Shown here: piece by piece, positions 49,643-59,929 of the stretch
Layout of the letters: the number at the start of each line of letters is the position of its first letter
How positions within the stretch are numbered: the stretch's first letter is position 1
From: Candidatus Marinacidobacterales bacterium
GTDB taxonomy: Bacteria; Acidobacteriota; Vicinamibacteria; Marinacidobacterales; DATDRI01
Length of the DNA stretch: 64,000 nucleotides
NCBI GenBank assembly: GCA_965226495.1
Contig: OZ245365.1
Location: 608,001-672,000 of the forward strand
Reading direction: 5' to 3'
Program-made: the position numbers and the translations under genes
Notes under the pieces: model-generated
Databases searched by the model: none
Seen by the model: only the letters and a program-made list of their open reading frames with translations
Told to the model about the DNA's origin: nothing

Positions 49643-52600
49643 ATGACCAATTGCAGCTCGAAATCCAGGCGACGGGGCCTCAGTACGTCTGGCCTCCTCG
49701 CGCTAACCCTCATCTGGAACCTTTTCGCGGCGGCAACCTCCGATGCCCAGTCGTGCGCAAAGTTGACGCAGATCGGGACTGGTGTTGATCAAGCCTTCGA
49801 CATGGCCGTCCAGCCCGACGGCAGGTTCATTCTGGCGGGTCACACAACCGGTGTCGATGAGGATATCGCTTTAGTTCGCTACCACCCGGACGGGCGTTTA
49901 GATCTCAGTTTCGACGCAGATGGCATTCGGATCGACAACATCGGAGTAGGAAGCAACGAGCGAGCCCGCGCCGTGGCTCTCCAGTCGGATGGGAAAATTG
50001 TCGTCGCCGGATTCACCGATGACGCGGGAAACGACGATTGGTTCGTCGCGCGGTACGACACCGACGGGAGCTTGGACCCGAGCTTCAGCGGCGGGATCGT
50101 GACGACCGCGATTACCGGGGTCCAAGACCGTGCCGCTGCGATAGCGATTCAAGCCGACGGGAAGATCGTAGTCGTGGGTTTTGGCGGGATTGGCGACGAA
50201 GACGTTGTCGTGGTGCGCTACAACACCGATGGGAGCGTGGACCCGAGCTTCAGCGGTGGGATCGTGAGCACGGACGCTGGCAGCGGCGATCGCGTCAACG
50301 ACGTCAAGATTCAGGCCGACGGAAAGATCGTGGTGGGCGGCAATACCAACCTTGCTGGAGATAAGGCGTTTTTGGCTGTGCGTTACAACGGCGACGGTAG
50401 CTTGGACACGTCCTTCGACGTCGACGGAGTTGTAACCACCCAGATCTCTGCAAACGCTGACAACGGCGAAGCACTGGATATCTATCCCGACGGCAGGATT
50501 GTGTTGGCAGGTTTCTACTTCGATGGACTGGACGAGGACTTCGCAGTCGTGCGTTACAACAGCAACGGCAGCTTGGACACGTCCTTCGACACCGACGGCA
50601 TCGTAATTACCGACTTTAACGGTAACGACGACAATGCCGACGATCTCCTACTGCAGCCCGACGGCAAGATATTGGTGGCCGGCTACGCCCATAACGGGAT
50701 TGATCAAGACTACGGGGTCGTCCGATACAATTCCGACGGCAGTCTGGATACCTCCTTTGGCAGCGGCGGCAAAGTCACGACGCCGATTGGCGGTCTAGAC
50801 GACAACTCCGAGGCATCGGCCCTTCTGCCGGACGGCAGTTTCATCGTGGCAGGTTTCAGCGACAACGGCACCGATTTCGACTTCTCGTGGACCCGATACA
50901 ACCCGGACGGCAGCGTGGCCATGTCGTGCGGGGTCGTCAATTACCGCTCGATAGGAACCGCGGGAAACTACACAGACGGCACCGGCGTCACCGCTACCAA
51001 CGGTTCGGTGATCGTTACCGGTGCGGCTACAACGTGGAGGTCTTCGAATCGCGGTCGTGGGGACCGCATCACGATAAACGGCGTACCTTACACGGTTCTC
51101 TCGGTCGACTCCGAGACTCAGCTCACGTTGACCGCTCCGTTCAACGGAGCGACCGGCTCCGGCAAGAGCTACACGATCAGCCGCAAGTTCTCGACGCTGC
51201 AGGGGTGGGAAGATTGCATCTCCTTCGGCACCGTACCAGCGGCGAACGTTGCACTGAGCGATGGGTGGTTCACGGGGTTGGGCGCCTATACCGTCCCCGC
51301 CGGTACCGACAGGGTCCTCGTATTTGCAACCAGCTACGAGGATAACGTATCCACCTACCCAATCATCAGCGACGTGACGTTCGGCGGGGTGTCCATGACG
51401 CGCGCGGTCCAGGCACAAGTCGTTAGTGTGGGAACCGCCAATAACTCCGAGATCTGGTATCTGAAAGACACCGATATTCCGGCGGGAAGCAACTCCTTTG
51501 TCGTCGTGTACGATGTTTCTCCGGACGAGGCGGAGCTCCACGGCTATGCGCTTTTTACCAAGGTCGATCAAGTGAGTCCCATCCTAGATTTTGATTCCGC
51601 AACCACTACTTCGGGTGATGTGGTCGGTCCGACCCCGGCGTTCAACGTTGCCCAAGGAGGCATGGCGGTTGCGAGCGCCGCAAGCGGGAAGGACGGAAAC
51701 TTCAGTGACGGTTCATGGGGAGCCGGTTGGGTAGAGGGGGCAGATCAGCAAGACGGCATTCCTGCGATGACGATGGGAACCGCCAATACGTCGAGTGCCT
51801 ACGGAGCCGCCGGTACAGACACTGCCACTGCCACCTATGTTTCCGGTGCCAATCGCCAGGTCATCGTGGCCGCTAGTCTCAACCCGGCCCCACAATCTTG
51901 TGAGGGTGTTTTCAGCGCCAGCTACATTGCCGACGATCGGTCTGAAGTGGGGATTGCTTACAACGATTCCATCGTTCCCACGGATGCCGACTTCACCGCC
52001 GCGGTTTCGATGGTCGGCTCGGTGACCGATGCCGGTCATGACATCACGCTTACCGCCGATGACGGGAATCGTCATTATGGTCTGCAAACACAAGGGGTCC
52101 TCATCGACAACGGCTCCTCCGGGGCTGACACGATCAGTATCGACGACGACTTCGTCACCGTGGAATGGCTGGAGGTCTTCAAAGGAGGCGGGTCGTCCGA
52201 CGGGGTCTCGGTTCAAAATCAAAGCGCCTCGAATCAGATCGTGATCCGAAACATGTTGATACATGATACCGGGTCGAGCGGTATCTCGTTATTGGGCACC
52301 ACTCCGATCGTCGACGTTTACAACAACTTTGTCTTCCAAACCGGTTCCCGTGGGATTGCCATTCTTGGGAATCCGACCGCGACGATCCGGGTTCTCAACA
52401 ACACGGTGTATAGCAATCCGAACCAGGGCATCGAGGCCGCGTTCGCGGGCGTTTATCCGAATGTGCTCCTTCGGAACAATATCTCCCATACCAGTGGACT
52501 GGATGACTTTAAGGTGGCCGGTTTTAACCCAGCGAGCAGCCACAACTTGGCGAGCGACATGACCGGCACCACACACAGCAATCCTCCGGGCACAGGACAG

Positions 52601-55600
52601 GATAACGTTCCCTTGACCGGCGGCGGGGGCGTCAACTTCGTAGATCCGTTCACGGTCAACATGGAGGATTTTCACATCCAACCGGTGACGAGCGTTGCGT
52701 GGAATGTAGGCGCGGACTTGAGTGGCGTTTTTACAACCGACATCGACAACGGGACGAGGCCCTCGGGCCCTCAATGGGACATCGGGGCGGACGAAGAGGG
52801 AGCCGCTGCCAGCTCGCTCTCCTTGGCAAACCATCCCTCCGGTCAGACGACGAATAAGTTTAGCGGGGCGTCTCCCGTCACCGACACGCTGTTTCAGTTC
52901 CGGCTGACCCCTTCGGGGACGGTAAATGTAGATACCGTCCGGGTAGGGTTCACCACCCTTACTGGCGTGTTGAATGGGGACGTGACGAACGGCGAGCTCT
53001 GGGAGGATACGAACGGCAACGGAACCTGGGATGACAGTGGGGGAGGGGATACGCTCCTCGAAGGAAGCGTAACGCCGTCCGGTGGTGTGCTGACCTTCAA
53101 CAACAACTTCCCACCGGGCGCCGGTGGGACAAACTATTTCGTCAGGGCGACGGTTTCCAATCTGGTGGCCGGTAATTCAACCGTCTTTTCGTTGGACGCC
53201 GCGGGCATCGACGAGGTGGAAGCGTCGGTGGGTGAGTCCGGATCGATCACGAATGCCCTTCACTCACAGAGCATGAGTCCCTCCATCAACTATCGCTCCA
53301 TTGGTACTAATAGCAGCGTTCTCTACCAGGCAGGTAACGCTTCGGTCTTGGCGGGCTCGAACGCCGTAACCTTCGGCGGTGGCGCCAGCCTTCCGGTTCC
53401 GACGGCAATCGGCGCTGTGGGCCAGGGCGACAAGCTGGTCATCGGAAGCGAGACGTTCTTCATTCTGTCCCGAGACTCGAACACGCAGGTTACGATTCAA
53501 GAGATCGCGGTTTCGAACCACGCGGGCGAAGCCTATACCATCACCCGCGCCTACAACACGCTCCAAGATTGGGAGGACGACTGCGTCGCGGTGCCCGGAT
53601 GTCTGCCTACTTCTAGCGGTGGTCGAGGGGGCGACCTGGTCACGGACGATCGCTACGAGATCGGGGTTGCCTATAACGACGTGGCGAGTGGCCCGTTCAT
53701 CGACGATGACGTGGACGGAAGAGTGGTTCGAATTCTGGGCTCGACGGTGGATGCAACGCGTCATCGGGACCTAACCGTCGCAGCGGGTCAACGGCACAAC
53801 GGAACGGCAGGAACGGGAGCGGTGGTCGACGGCCAAACGACGACGGCTTTTCCCATTCAGGTGAGCGAGAACGACACGCGGGTCGAGTGGTTCGAGGTCA
53901 AGAACGGCTACGATGTAGGGGACGGCGGGAGTTCATCCCTGTATGTAGGCAATGGAGCCGTTAGTGTCACGAATGTCGTGCTGGAGTACATGCTGGTCTA
54001 CGATTACCTCGCCGGAAACTTCAACGCCGGCGCCAGGCCCAACACCAACCTTGGAGGGAACGACAGCTTCACCGTGCGCAACTCCATCTTCTACAACGGA
54101 GACTACGGGGTGCGGAGCGGCAATCAGGCCGGCGATTCGGTGACGGCGGAGAACTGCACGACGTATAACGTGCTCAAGGATGGATACCAGCAGGCCGGCG
54201 GTGGTGTGCTTTCAGTCACCAACTCCATCGCCATGGCGAGCGGCACGGGCTCTGATTTCAGCGCCGGAGTCACCGGAGACTACAATCTGGACGAGGATGG
54301 CACCGCACCGGGGGCTAACTCGGTGCACGGTGCAACGATTGCCAATCAGTTCGTTTCCATCGCGCTCGGGTCAGAAGACTTGCACCTGAAGGTGGGAGCC
54401 GACGCTATCGACGTCGCCGATCCTACTCCCTTGTCGTTTTGTTGTGACATCGATGGAGGGCCGCGCATAGGAAACTGGGACATCGGCGCCGATGAGTTCG
54501 GAGCGGGAGGAGCCGGAGGTTGTGGCCCGGACCTTCAGGTAACGGAAGGGTCGGGCACCTTTACGGTCACCGCTCCGGGAAGCTTCGAGATGCGCTTCAA
54601 TGAGGCCACCGGTGGTGGCATCGACCTCTTCTACGACTTGGCCGAGGATCCCGGTCGCACGATCGATCTCGCTGGCGGTACCAACGAGGTCAAGACGCTC
54701 TTTCACGTCAACATGTTCGATGGCGCCACTTTTTTCACGACGAGTACGAATGATTCTGGCGCCCAGGTGGACGTGCTCGAGGTGACGGCGACACGTGTAA
54801 GAGTCCGTCAAAACACGTTCCTTCAAGACCAAGGCGGCCCCACGATTCTAGGCGGAGTGAAGGGGTTCGGGGACTACAGCATCTATCCTAGCGGGAAGAT
54901 GGCTATAAAGTGGAACCTAACGTCGACGACCGCTGTGGCCTATCAGTCCCAGGGGATGGAACTGGGTGTTCACCATAGTTCGGCAGGCGGCAACCCACTC
55001 AACAATTGGACGGCCCACCGCGAGTTGGGCACTACCTTTGGACCAGGGCTTTCGTTCGGTGACGATGATTTCGTCATGATGAAAAACGACTCCGTCGGCG
55101 TAAGGACCGATTTCCTTAACGTTCTCTACCAAGATTGGACAACCCCGACGCACGTGGAAGACGCCGATTACTCGGATTCCGTGCAAAACGGCGCCTTCGA
55201 GTATGCGTTCGTCAACTGGCGCGCGGTCGGAGCCGCGGGTCTGCCCGCGGATTCCGATCAGATCTGGAACTTTCTGAGTTTCTTCAAGCCGACCAACTTG
55301 GTAGACCGACTCGACGCCGCCGTAACGGGAAGGCGGGACGACTATCGCGGGCCCGACGATTTGGCGACACCGGTTGCTCCTACAGCAGGTAGCGGCTGGT
55401 TTCATCCCAGTGAAAACACGGCCAGCCCATCCGACTTCTTCAATGAGTCCGAAGGCGTCTACACGTTGGACTTCGACATGACGAGCGGGCTCAATTTCGA
55501 TATCGACGGCGGCTTAGGCGCGCCGCCGGTTCGGCATTCGCCCTTCTTCAAGATACGTCAGTGGCGCTCACTTCAAGACCCCGCGACAGTAACGCTCGAG

Positions 55601-56950
55601 GGCGTGACGCTCGCGAACGACGCCGACTACCGCGCCGACGTGAAGCCTCTGTCGCGAGTCTACGCGGGGCAGGATCCGATTTGGTACTCGACGCTTCAGG
55701 AAACGTCCTTCGTATCAACGCCCGATATCGGGAGCAGCGGTACCATCCAAGGAACAATCAGCTACGTACCTGCCCTGTACGGGCAGGGTGCCCGGTTTGA
55801 TGGGGTGAGCGACGTGATCACGTTCGGCAGCACCGGGATGGATGTCACCCGAGGCACCGTGGAGTTTTGGGTCCAGCCAGAGTTCGATCACACCGATGGG
55901 GTGCGACATACCTTCTGGTTCAACTCGGGTTCCGGGGGAGATTTCTTCCTCCTCGAAAAAACGGCGGCGAACAACCTGGAGTTCGGCGTCTTCAATGGTA
56001 CGTCGACTCTGGTGAGAATCCTGTCCACCGACTTTAGCTGGAGAAACGGGGACTGGGTGCACATCCGTGCGATCTGGACAGAGGCCGGCATCGTAGGTGA
56101 ACAACTACGACTCTTCGTCAACGGATCGGAGCTCACGCATACCGACGTGGGTATGTACAACTCCACCGGTATGACCGTCGGGAGCAATTTCATAGGGAAC
56201 ATTCAGGCAGGAACCTCGCCCGCCATAGCCGTAATCGACGAGTTCGTCCTCTATGAGGGGGACCACCAGCCCGCGCTGCGCGCGTACGCCGGTCTCACGA
56301 GTCACCCGAAAGAGTTCATGGCGAGCCCGACGAACAATCTCACCTTCGCATTGTGGCCTGCGGACGCGAACGGGCGCACTGACTACTTTTACTTCGGTTC
56401 GGATAGCCAGTTTCGCGGCCTCAATATCGCGCTGGAAACAGCGGGCGTCGGCACGCCACTCCTCAAATGGGAGTACTGGGATGGCGTAAACGGCGCTTGG
56501 GCCGACCTGGATACCCTAGGCACCTTTGTCGACGAGACTAATTCGTTGACCGAACTACATGGGACCGTTTACTGGGAAGAAGACCCACCGAATTGGATGC
56601 CGTACGCCGTGACGGACGGTCCGGAGCTCTACTACGTCCGGTTGCATGCACTAATCGGCTCGAATTACACGACCATGCCGAAAGAGGCACTGATCAAGAC
56701 GGACATTCTGTTACTCCAGTTGTGCGGAGACATCACGGCGGCGGCACAGACGTTCAACATTCCTGTGCCTTTGGCGACAGCGGTGGAGCTCGTGTCGTTC
56801 GATGCTCACGGCAAAGACGGTGCGGTCGAGCTCGAATGGAAGACAGGTTCGGAGCTCAACAATCTCGGCTTCCATCTGTATAGGTCGACAACCGCAGACG
56901 GTCTTTATGAACGGATCACAGGTAACGTGAACGGATCACAGGTAACGTGA
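49643..56950 (+). CDS. G5 N-terminal part (passenger: delta-60 propeller, beta-helices, LamG-like), ends prematurely inside the TAVEL domain
   Basis: Signal-like RRRGLSTSGLLALTLIWNLFAAATSDA|Q. Collinear with G4 over long blocks. The stop is created by a 20-bp duplication. Confidence 0.8.
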   Translation: MTNCSSKSRRRGLSTSGLLALTLIWNLFAAATSDAQSCAKLTQIGTGVDQAFDMAVQPDGRFILAGHTTGVDEDIALVRYHPDGRLDLSFDADGIRIDNIGVGSNERARAVALQSDGKIVVAGFTDDAGNDDWFVARYDTDGSLDPSFSGGIVTTAITGVQDRAAAIAIQADGKIVVVGFGGIGDEDVVVVRYNTDGSVDPSFSGGIVSTDAGSGDRVNDVKIQADGKIVVGGNTNLAGDKAFLAVRYNGDGSLDTSFDVDGVVTTQISANADNGEALDIYPDGRIVLAGFYFDGLDEDFAVVRYNSNGSLDTSFDTDGIVITDFNGNDDNADDLLLQPDGKILVAGYAHNGIDQDYGVVRYNSDGSLDTSFGSGGKVTTPIGGLDDNSEASALLPDGSFIVAGFSDNGTDFDFSWTRYNPDGSVAMSCGVVNYRSIGTAGNYTDGTGVTATNGSVIVTGAATTWRSSNRGRGDRITINGVPYTVLSVDSETQLTLTAPFNGATGSGKSYTISRKFSTLQGWEDCISFGTVPAANVALSDGWFTGLGAYTVPAGTDRVLVFATSYEDNVSTYPIISDVTFGGVSMTRAVQAQVVSVGTANNSEIWYLKDTDIPAGSNSFVVVYDVSPDEAELHGYALFTKVDQVSPILDFDSATTTSGDVVGPTPAFNVAQGGMAVASAASGKDGNFSDGSWGAGWVEGADQQDGIPAMTMGTANTSSAYGAAGTDTATATYVSGANRQVIVAASLNPAPQSCEGVFSASYIADDRSEVGIAYNDSIVPTDADFTAAVSMVGSVTDAGHDITLTADDGNRHYGLQTQGVLIDNGSSGADTISIDDDFVTVEWLEVFKGGGSSDGVSVQNQSASNQIVIRNMLIHDTGSSGISLLGTTPIVDVYNNFVFQTGSRGIAILGNPTATIRVLNNTVYSNPNQGIEAAFAGVYPNVLLRNNISHTSGLDDFKVAGFNPASSHNLASDMTGTTHSNPPGTGQDNVPLTGGGGVNFVDPFTVNMEDFHIQPVTSVAWNVGADLSGVFTTDIDNGTRPSGPQWDIGADEEGAAASSLSLANHPSGQTTNKFSGASPVTDTLFQFRLTPSGTVNVDTVRVGFTTLTGVLNGDVTNGELWEDTNGNGTWDDSGGGDTLLEGSVTPSGGVLTFNNNFPPGAGGTNYFVRATVSNLVAGNSTVFSLDAAGIDEVEASVGESGSITNALHSQSMSPSINYRSIGTNSSVLYQAGNASVLAGSNAVTFGGGASLPVPTAIGAVGQGDKLVIGSETFFILSRDSNTQVTIQEIAVSNHAGEAYTITRAYNTLQDWEDDCVAVPGCLPTSSGGRGGDLVTDDRYEIGVAYNDVASGPFIDDDVDGRVVRILGSTVDATRHRDLTVAAGQRHNGTAGTGAVVDGQTTTAFPIQVSENDTRVEWFEVKNGYDVGDGGSSSLYVGNGAVSVTNVVLEYMLVYDYLAGNFNAGARPNTNLGGNDSFTVRNSIFYNGDYGVRSGNQAGDSVTAENCTTYNVLKDGYQQAGGGVLSVTNSIAMASGTGSDFSAGVTGDYNLDEDGTAPGANSVHGATIANQFVSIALGSEDLHLKVGADAIDVADPTPLSFCCDIDGGPRIGNWDIGADEFGAGGAGGCGPDLQVTEGSGTFTVTAPGSFEMRFNEATGGGIDLFYDLAEDPGRTIDLAGGTNEVKTLFHVNMFDGATFFTTSTNDSGAQVDVLEVTATRVRVRQNTFLQDQGGPTILGGVKGFGDYSIYPSGKMAIKWNLTSTTAVAYQSQGMELGVHHSSAGGNPLNNWTAHRELGTTFGPGLSFGDDDFVMMKNDSVGVRTDFLNVLYQDWTTPTHVEDADYSDSVQNGAFEYAFVNWRAVGAAGLPADSDQIWNFLSFFKPTNLVDRLDAAVTGRRDDYRGPDDLATPVAPTAGSGWFHPSENTASPSDFFNESEGVYTLDFDMTSGLNFDIDGGLGAPPVRHSPFFKIRQWRSLQDPATVTLEGVTLANDADYRADVKPLSRVYAGQDPIWYSTLQETSFVSTPDIGSSGTIQGTISYVPALYGQGARFDGVSDVITFGSTGMDVTRGTVEFWVQPEFDHTDGVRHTFWFNSGSGGDFFLLEKTAANNLEFGVFNGTSTLVRILSTDFSWRNGDWVHIRAIWTEAGIVGEQLRLFVNGSELTHTDVGMYNSTGMTVGSNFIGNIQAGTSPAIAVIDEFVLYEGDHQPALRAYAGLTSHPKEFMASPTNNLTFALWPADANGRTDYFYFGSDSQFRGLNIALETAGVGTPLLKWEYWDGVNGAWADLDTLGTFVDETNSLTELHGTVYWEEDPPNWMPYAVTDGPELYYVRLHALIGSNYTTMPKEALIKTDILLLQLCGDITAAAQTFNIPVPLATAVELVSFDAHGKDGAVELEWKTGSELNNLGFHLYRSTTADGLYERITGNVNGSQVT
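56908..56950 (+). repeat. Perfect 20-bp tandem duplication causing a frameshift in G5
   Basis: ACGGATCACAGGTAACGTGA at 56911-56930 and 56931-56950. Removing one copy restores YERITGNVIPGLGSSPQG, matching the paralogues, and a 3372-aa ORF. Confidence 0.95.
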
Positions 56951-59781
56951 TCCCGGGGCTCGGCTCGTCGCCGCAGGGTGCTACGTATAGCTACCGTGAT
57001 TCCGGTCTCACCAATGGCCTGACGTACTACTACAAACTGGAGGACATCGAGACTGCCGGCGAGAAAGAATTTCACGGCCCCGTGTCGGCGACCCCGACCG
57101 CGGAAGGTGGCTCCGAGGGTGAAGAGGAAACGAGTGGCGGAGTCTCTTCCGGCGAGGAAGATCTCGGCGAGCTAACTTCGCGCATCACGTACGGAGATCC
57201 GTCGTCGAACGAGCTGAAGGTGCGCCGCCGTGGGAAGAAGTGGATGGAGCTGGAGCTCATCACGCAAGGTTTTTATGCCATTCCTCAGGAGGATGGCTCG
57301 GTGCTGCTCGAGGTCCCAGGCTTCGAGGACTTCGGTGGTTCGGACCTGCCGGACGTGCCGGTCTATCGCACTTGGCAGGATGTCCTGGCCGGCCGCAACG
57401 TGACGCTCGATTCTGTGAGTACCGAAGGAGTGGCGGAGTTCGCAAGCCTTCGGCCGAGCTCTTCAGAGCTGATCGTCGTTGCTTCGGGAGACGGAACGGT
57501 GCAGGCGGGCCGTCGACGTAAGAAACGCCGCAAGCCGCCTCACGTTTACTACCCCGAGTCCTGGGCGCAGTTGATGAGTGTCGGCTTCCAAGGAGCCGCC
57601 AAGAAGGCCATGGTCGAGATGGCCCCACTTCGGTGGGATGCCACGGCCGAGCGTCTGGTCCTCGCGCGTCGCCTGGTGGTGCGTATTTCGTTCAAGGGTA
57701 AAGACAAGGCCGAGCTGAAGCTCGGAAAGAGCCATCGAGAAGTCGGGAGCCACGCCAACCGGAGCGTCTACGCTCGGATCGCGGTGACCGAGCCGGGTCT
57801 GTACGAGGTGAGCTACGAATCGGTATTCGGCCAATTCGGTAAGAAGAGAAAAGCCATCAAGACGAGCTCCTTGAGACTGAGCCGTCAGGGCGAACCGGTG
57901 GCGTTTTTCGTGAGCTCGAACGGTAAGAAGTTCAAGAAGAAGTCGAAGTTGTACTTCCTGAGCGAGGGAGCTTCCTTGAACCCGTACGGTCACGAAGCGG
58001 TCTATGAGCTCGAAGCCAGCCAACAAGGTCTCCAGATGGAACCCCTGAACGGAAGCCCGGTGGGAGCTCCGACCAGTTTCTACTGGAAGACGGTGAAGCG
58101 GGAAGAGAACCTGCTTTATCAAGCTGCATTCGAAGGCGAAGAGGACATCTGGCAATGGGATTGGCTCTTCGGCCCGATGACCAACAGCTACCCGTTCGAA
58201 GTCACCAATCTGTCTCCAGTACCGGAGAGCTCGAAACTTAGAGTCTGGCTGCACGGAGCGAGCGATTTCCCTGAGGATCCGGACCACCACGTCCGGCTCT
58301 ACATCAATGGGATTCTCATTGATGAAACCTGGTGGGATGGCGAGACCCCGCACTTCGTAGAAGCACAGCTTGGCCCAGGTCCTCTCCTCGAGGGTGAGAA
58401 CAGTCTAGAGATAGAGGAAGTAGGGGACACCGAAGCCGAGTACTCGATGGTGATGCTGGATCGTTTCGAGGTGAGCTACCCGGCGCAGCTAGTGGCGGAA
58501 GACGGGGAGCTGAGGGGCAGCTTCAGCGAATCGGGAGTGGCGACCATCACCGGCCCAGCGGCCGAGATATTCGACGTGACGGAGGCGGCACCGAGACGAC
58601 TCACGGGAGTCAGTGTCGGCGACAGTATTACAAGCTTCCGTGCGGAGTCTGGTCGTCGTTATCTATCGACTAGTTCGGTGAAGACTCCGGAAGTGAGACC
58701 CGCACCGTCTGCAGGACTCAAGAAGGCGTGGAGCCGTGCGGAGTACTTGGTGATCGGTCCGAGAGCGTTCCTCGCGGCTGCGGAGCCTCTCCTGGATCAC
58801 CGGAGAAACGAAGGTTTGATAACGGGAGCGATAGCAACGGAAGACATCTTCGACGAGTTCGGGTATGGAGAAGCGACACCGGAATCGATCAAGGACTTCC
58901 TGAGCTATGTGTACCACCACTGGAGTGAGCCGACCCTGCGGTACGTCGTGTTACTAGGAGATGGTACCTACGATTTCAAAGATTACCTAGCGACGGGCGT
59001 TGCGAGCTATGTCCCAGTGAAGATCGTGGAGACTCGCTACATGTGGACGGCGTCGGATCCCTGGTATGGCGCGATCAATGGAGATGACATCCTACCGGAC
59101 GTCGCCATAGGGCGACTTCCAGCTGCATCGGTCGGCGAAGTGCAAGCGTTGGTGCAGAAGATCCTCGACTATGAGTCTGGAGAAGGGGACCCGGGGGCTC
59201 CGATCGTTCTTATAACGGATAACCCGGACGTTGCAGGGAACTTCGACGCGGATGCTGAGGAGATAGCATCAACGTTGCTGACCGAACAAGGCGTCGAGAA
59301 GGTCTACCTGAGTCAGCTTGGACCCGCTGTCGCGCGCGGAGCCATCCTCAATGCTTTCGACGACGGTGCCTCGATCGTGAGTTACTTGGGTCATGGCGCA
59401 ATCCATTTGTGGGCTCAGGAAAACTTGCTCGACATCTGGCAAGTGGGTTCCCTGGCACCACAGTCGCAGCAACCGCTCTTATTCACGATGAACTGCCTGA
59501 ACGGCTACTTCCACTTCCCGTACCACAACTCGCTTTCCGAGGAACTCCTTAAAGCGGAAGGGAAGGGTGTCATCGCCGCGTTCTCGCCGACGGGGCTAAG
59601 TCTGAACAGCCCGGCACATCGATTCCACAAGGCGCTTCTCCAACAGGTCGTGCACAGCGACCATGAGCGACTGGGCGATGCGATACTCTCCGGCCAAACG
59701 GTCTACGCCCACACCGGAGCTTTCCCCGAGCTTCTGAGCATCTACCACCTTCTCGGTGATCCAGCCTTGACGCTCCGATAG
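56947..59781 (+). CDS. G5 C-terminal part: C25 propeptide-like domain + PorU-like region + C25 peptidase (944 aa)
   Basis: Collinear with the cassettes of G1-G4. Its GTG overlaps the upstream TGA (GTGA). No signal peptide. Confidence 0.75.
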   Translation: MIPGLGSSPQGATYSYRDSGLTNGLTYYYKLEDIETAGEKEFHGPVSATPTAEGGSEGEEETSGGVSSGEEDLGELTSRITYGDPSSNELKVRRRGKKWMELELITQGFYAIPQEDGSVLLEVPGFEDFGGSDLPDVPVYRTWQDVLAGRNVTLDSVSTEGVAEFASLRPSSSELIVVASGDGTVQAGRRRKKRRKPPHVYYPESWAQLMSVGFQGAAKKAMVEMAPLRWDATAERLVLARRLVVRISFKGKDKAELKLGKSHREVGSHANRSVYARIAVTEPGLYEVSYESVFGQFGKKRKAIKTSSLRLSRQGEPVAFFVSSNGKKFKKKSKLYFLSEGASLNPYGHEAVYELEASQQGLQMEPLNGSPVGAPTSFYWKTVKREENLLYQAAFEGEEDIWQWDWLFGPMTNSYPFEVTNLSPVPESSKLRVWLHGASDFPEDPDHHVRLYINGILIDETWWDGETPHFVEAQLGPGPLLEGENSLEIEEVGDTEAEYSMVMLDRFEVSYPAQLVAEDGELRGSFSESGVATITGPAAEIFDVTEAAPRRLTGVSVGDSITSFRAESGRRYLSTSSVKTPEVRPAPSAGLKKAWSRAEYLVIGPRAFLAAAEPLLDHRRNEGLITGAIATEDIFDEFGYGEATPESIKDFLSYVYHHWSEPTLRYVVLLGDGTYDFKDYLATGVASYVPVKIVETRYMWTASDPWYGAINGDDILPDVAIGRLPAASVGEVQALVQKILDYESGEGDPGAPIVLITDNPDVAGNFDADAEEIASTLLTEQGVEKVYLSQLGPAVARGAILNAFDDGASIVSYLGHGAIHLWAQENLLDIWQVGSLAPQSQQPLLFTMNCLNGYFHFPYHNSLSEELLKAEGKGVIAAFSPTGLSLNSPAHRFHKALLQQVVHSDHERLGDAILSGQTVYAHTGAFPELLSIYHLLGDPALTLR

Positions 59782-59804
59782 CCGCGGGAAAACCCTCCGG
59801 AACC

Positions 59805-59916
59805 GTAGGGAACTCCCCTCTCCTGGGGGGTCCTCAACCGATATAAACCTCTAAACCATTGCATTTAAAACTATTTCGCCATGGGCCCGGCCGCCCCTCC
59901 CGGCACGGGTCTTGCT
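59805..59916 (+). promoter_or_regulatory. sigma54 promoter of G6 with IHF-like site and upstream 16-bp motif
   Basis: CGGCAC-GGGTC-TTGCT at 59901-59916, TAAACCATTGCAT at 59852-59864, GTAGGGAACTCCCCTC at 59805-59820. Confidence 0.7.
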
Positions 59917-59929
59917 CTTCCATTGCCCG

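Noticed and set aside
59782-59836. G/C-rich dyads after G4 and G5 as Rho-independent terminators
   Set aside because: They lack a U-tract and match the shared upstream 16-bp motif, so they were treated as regulatory sites.
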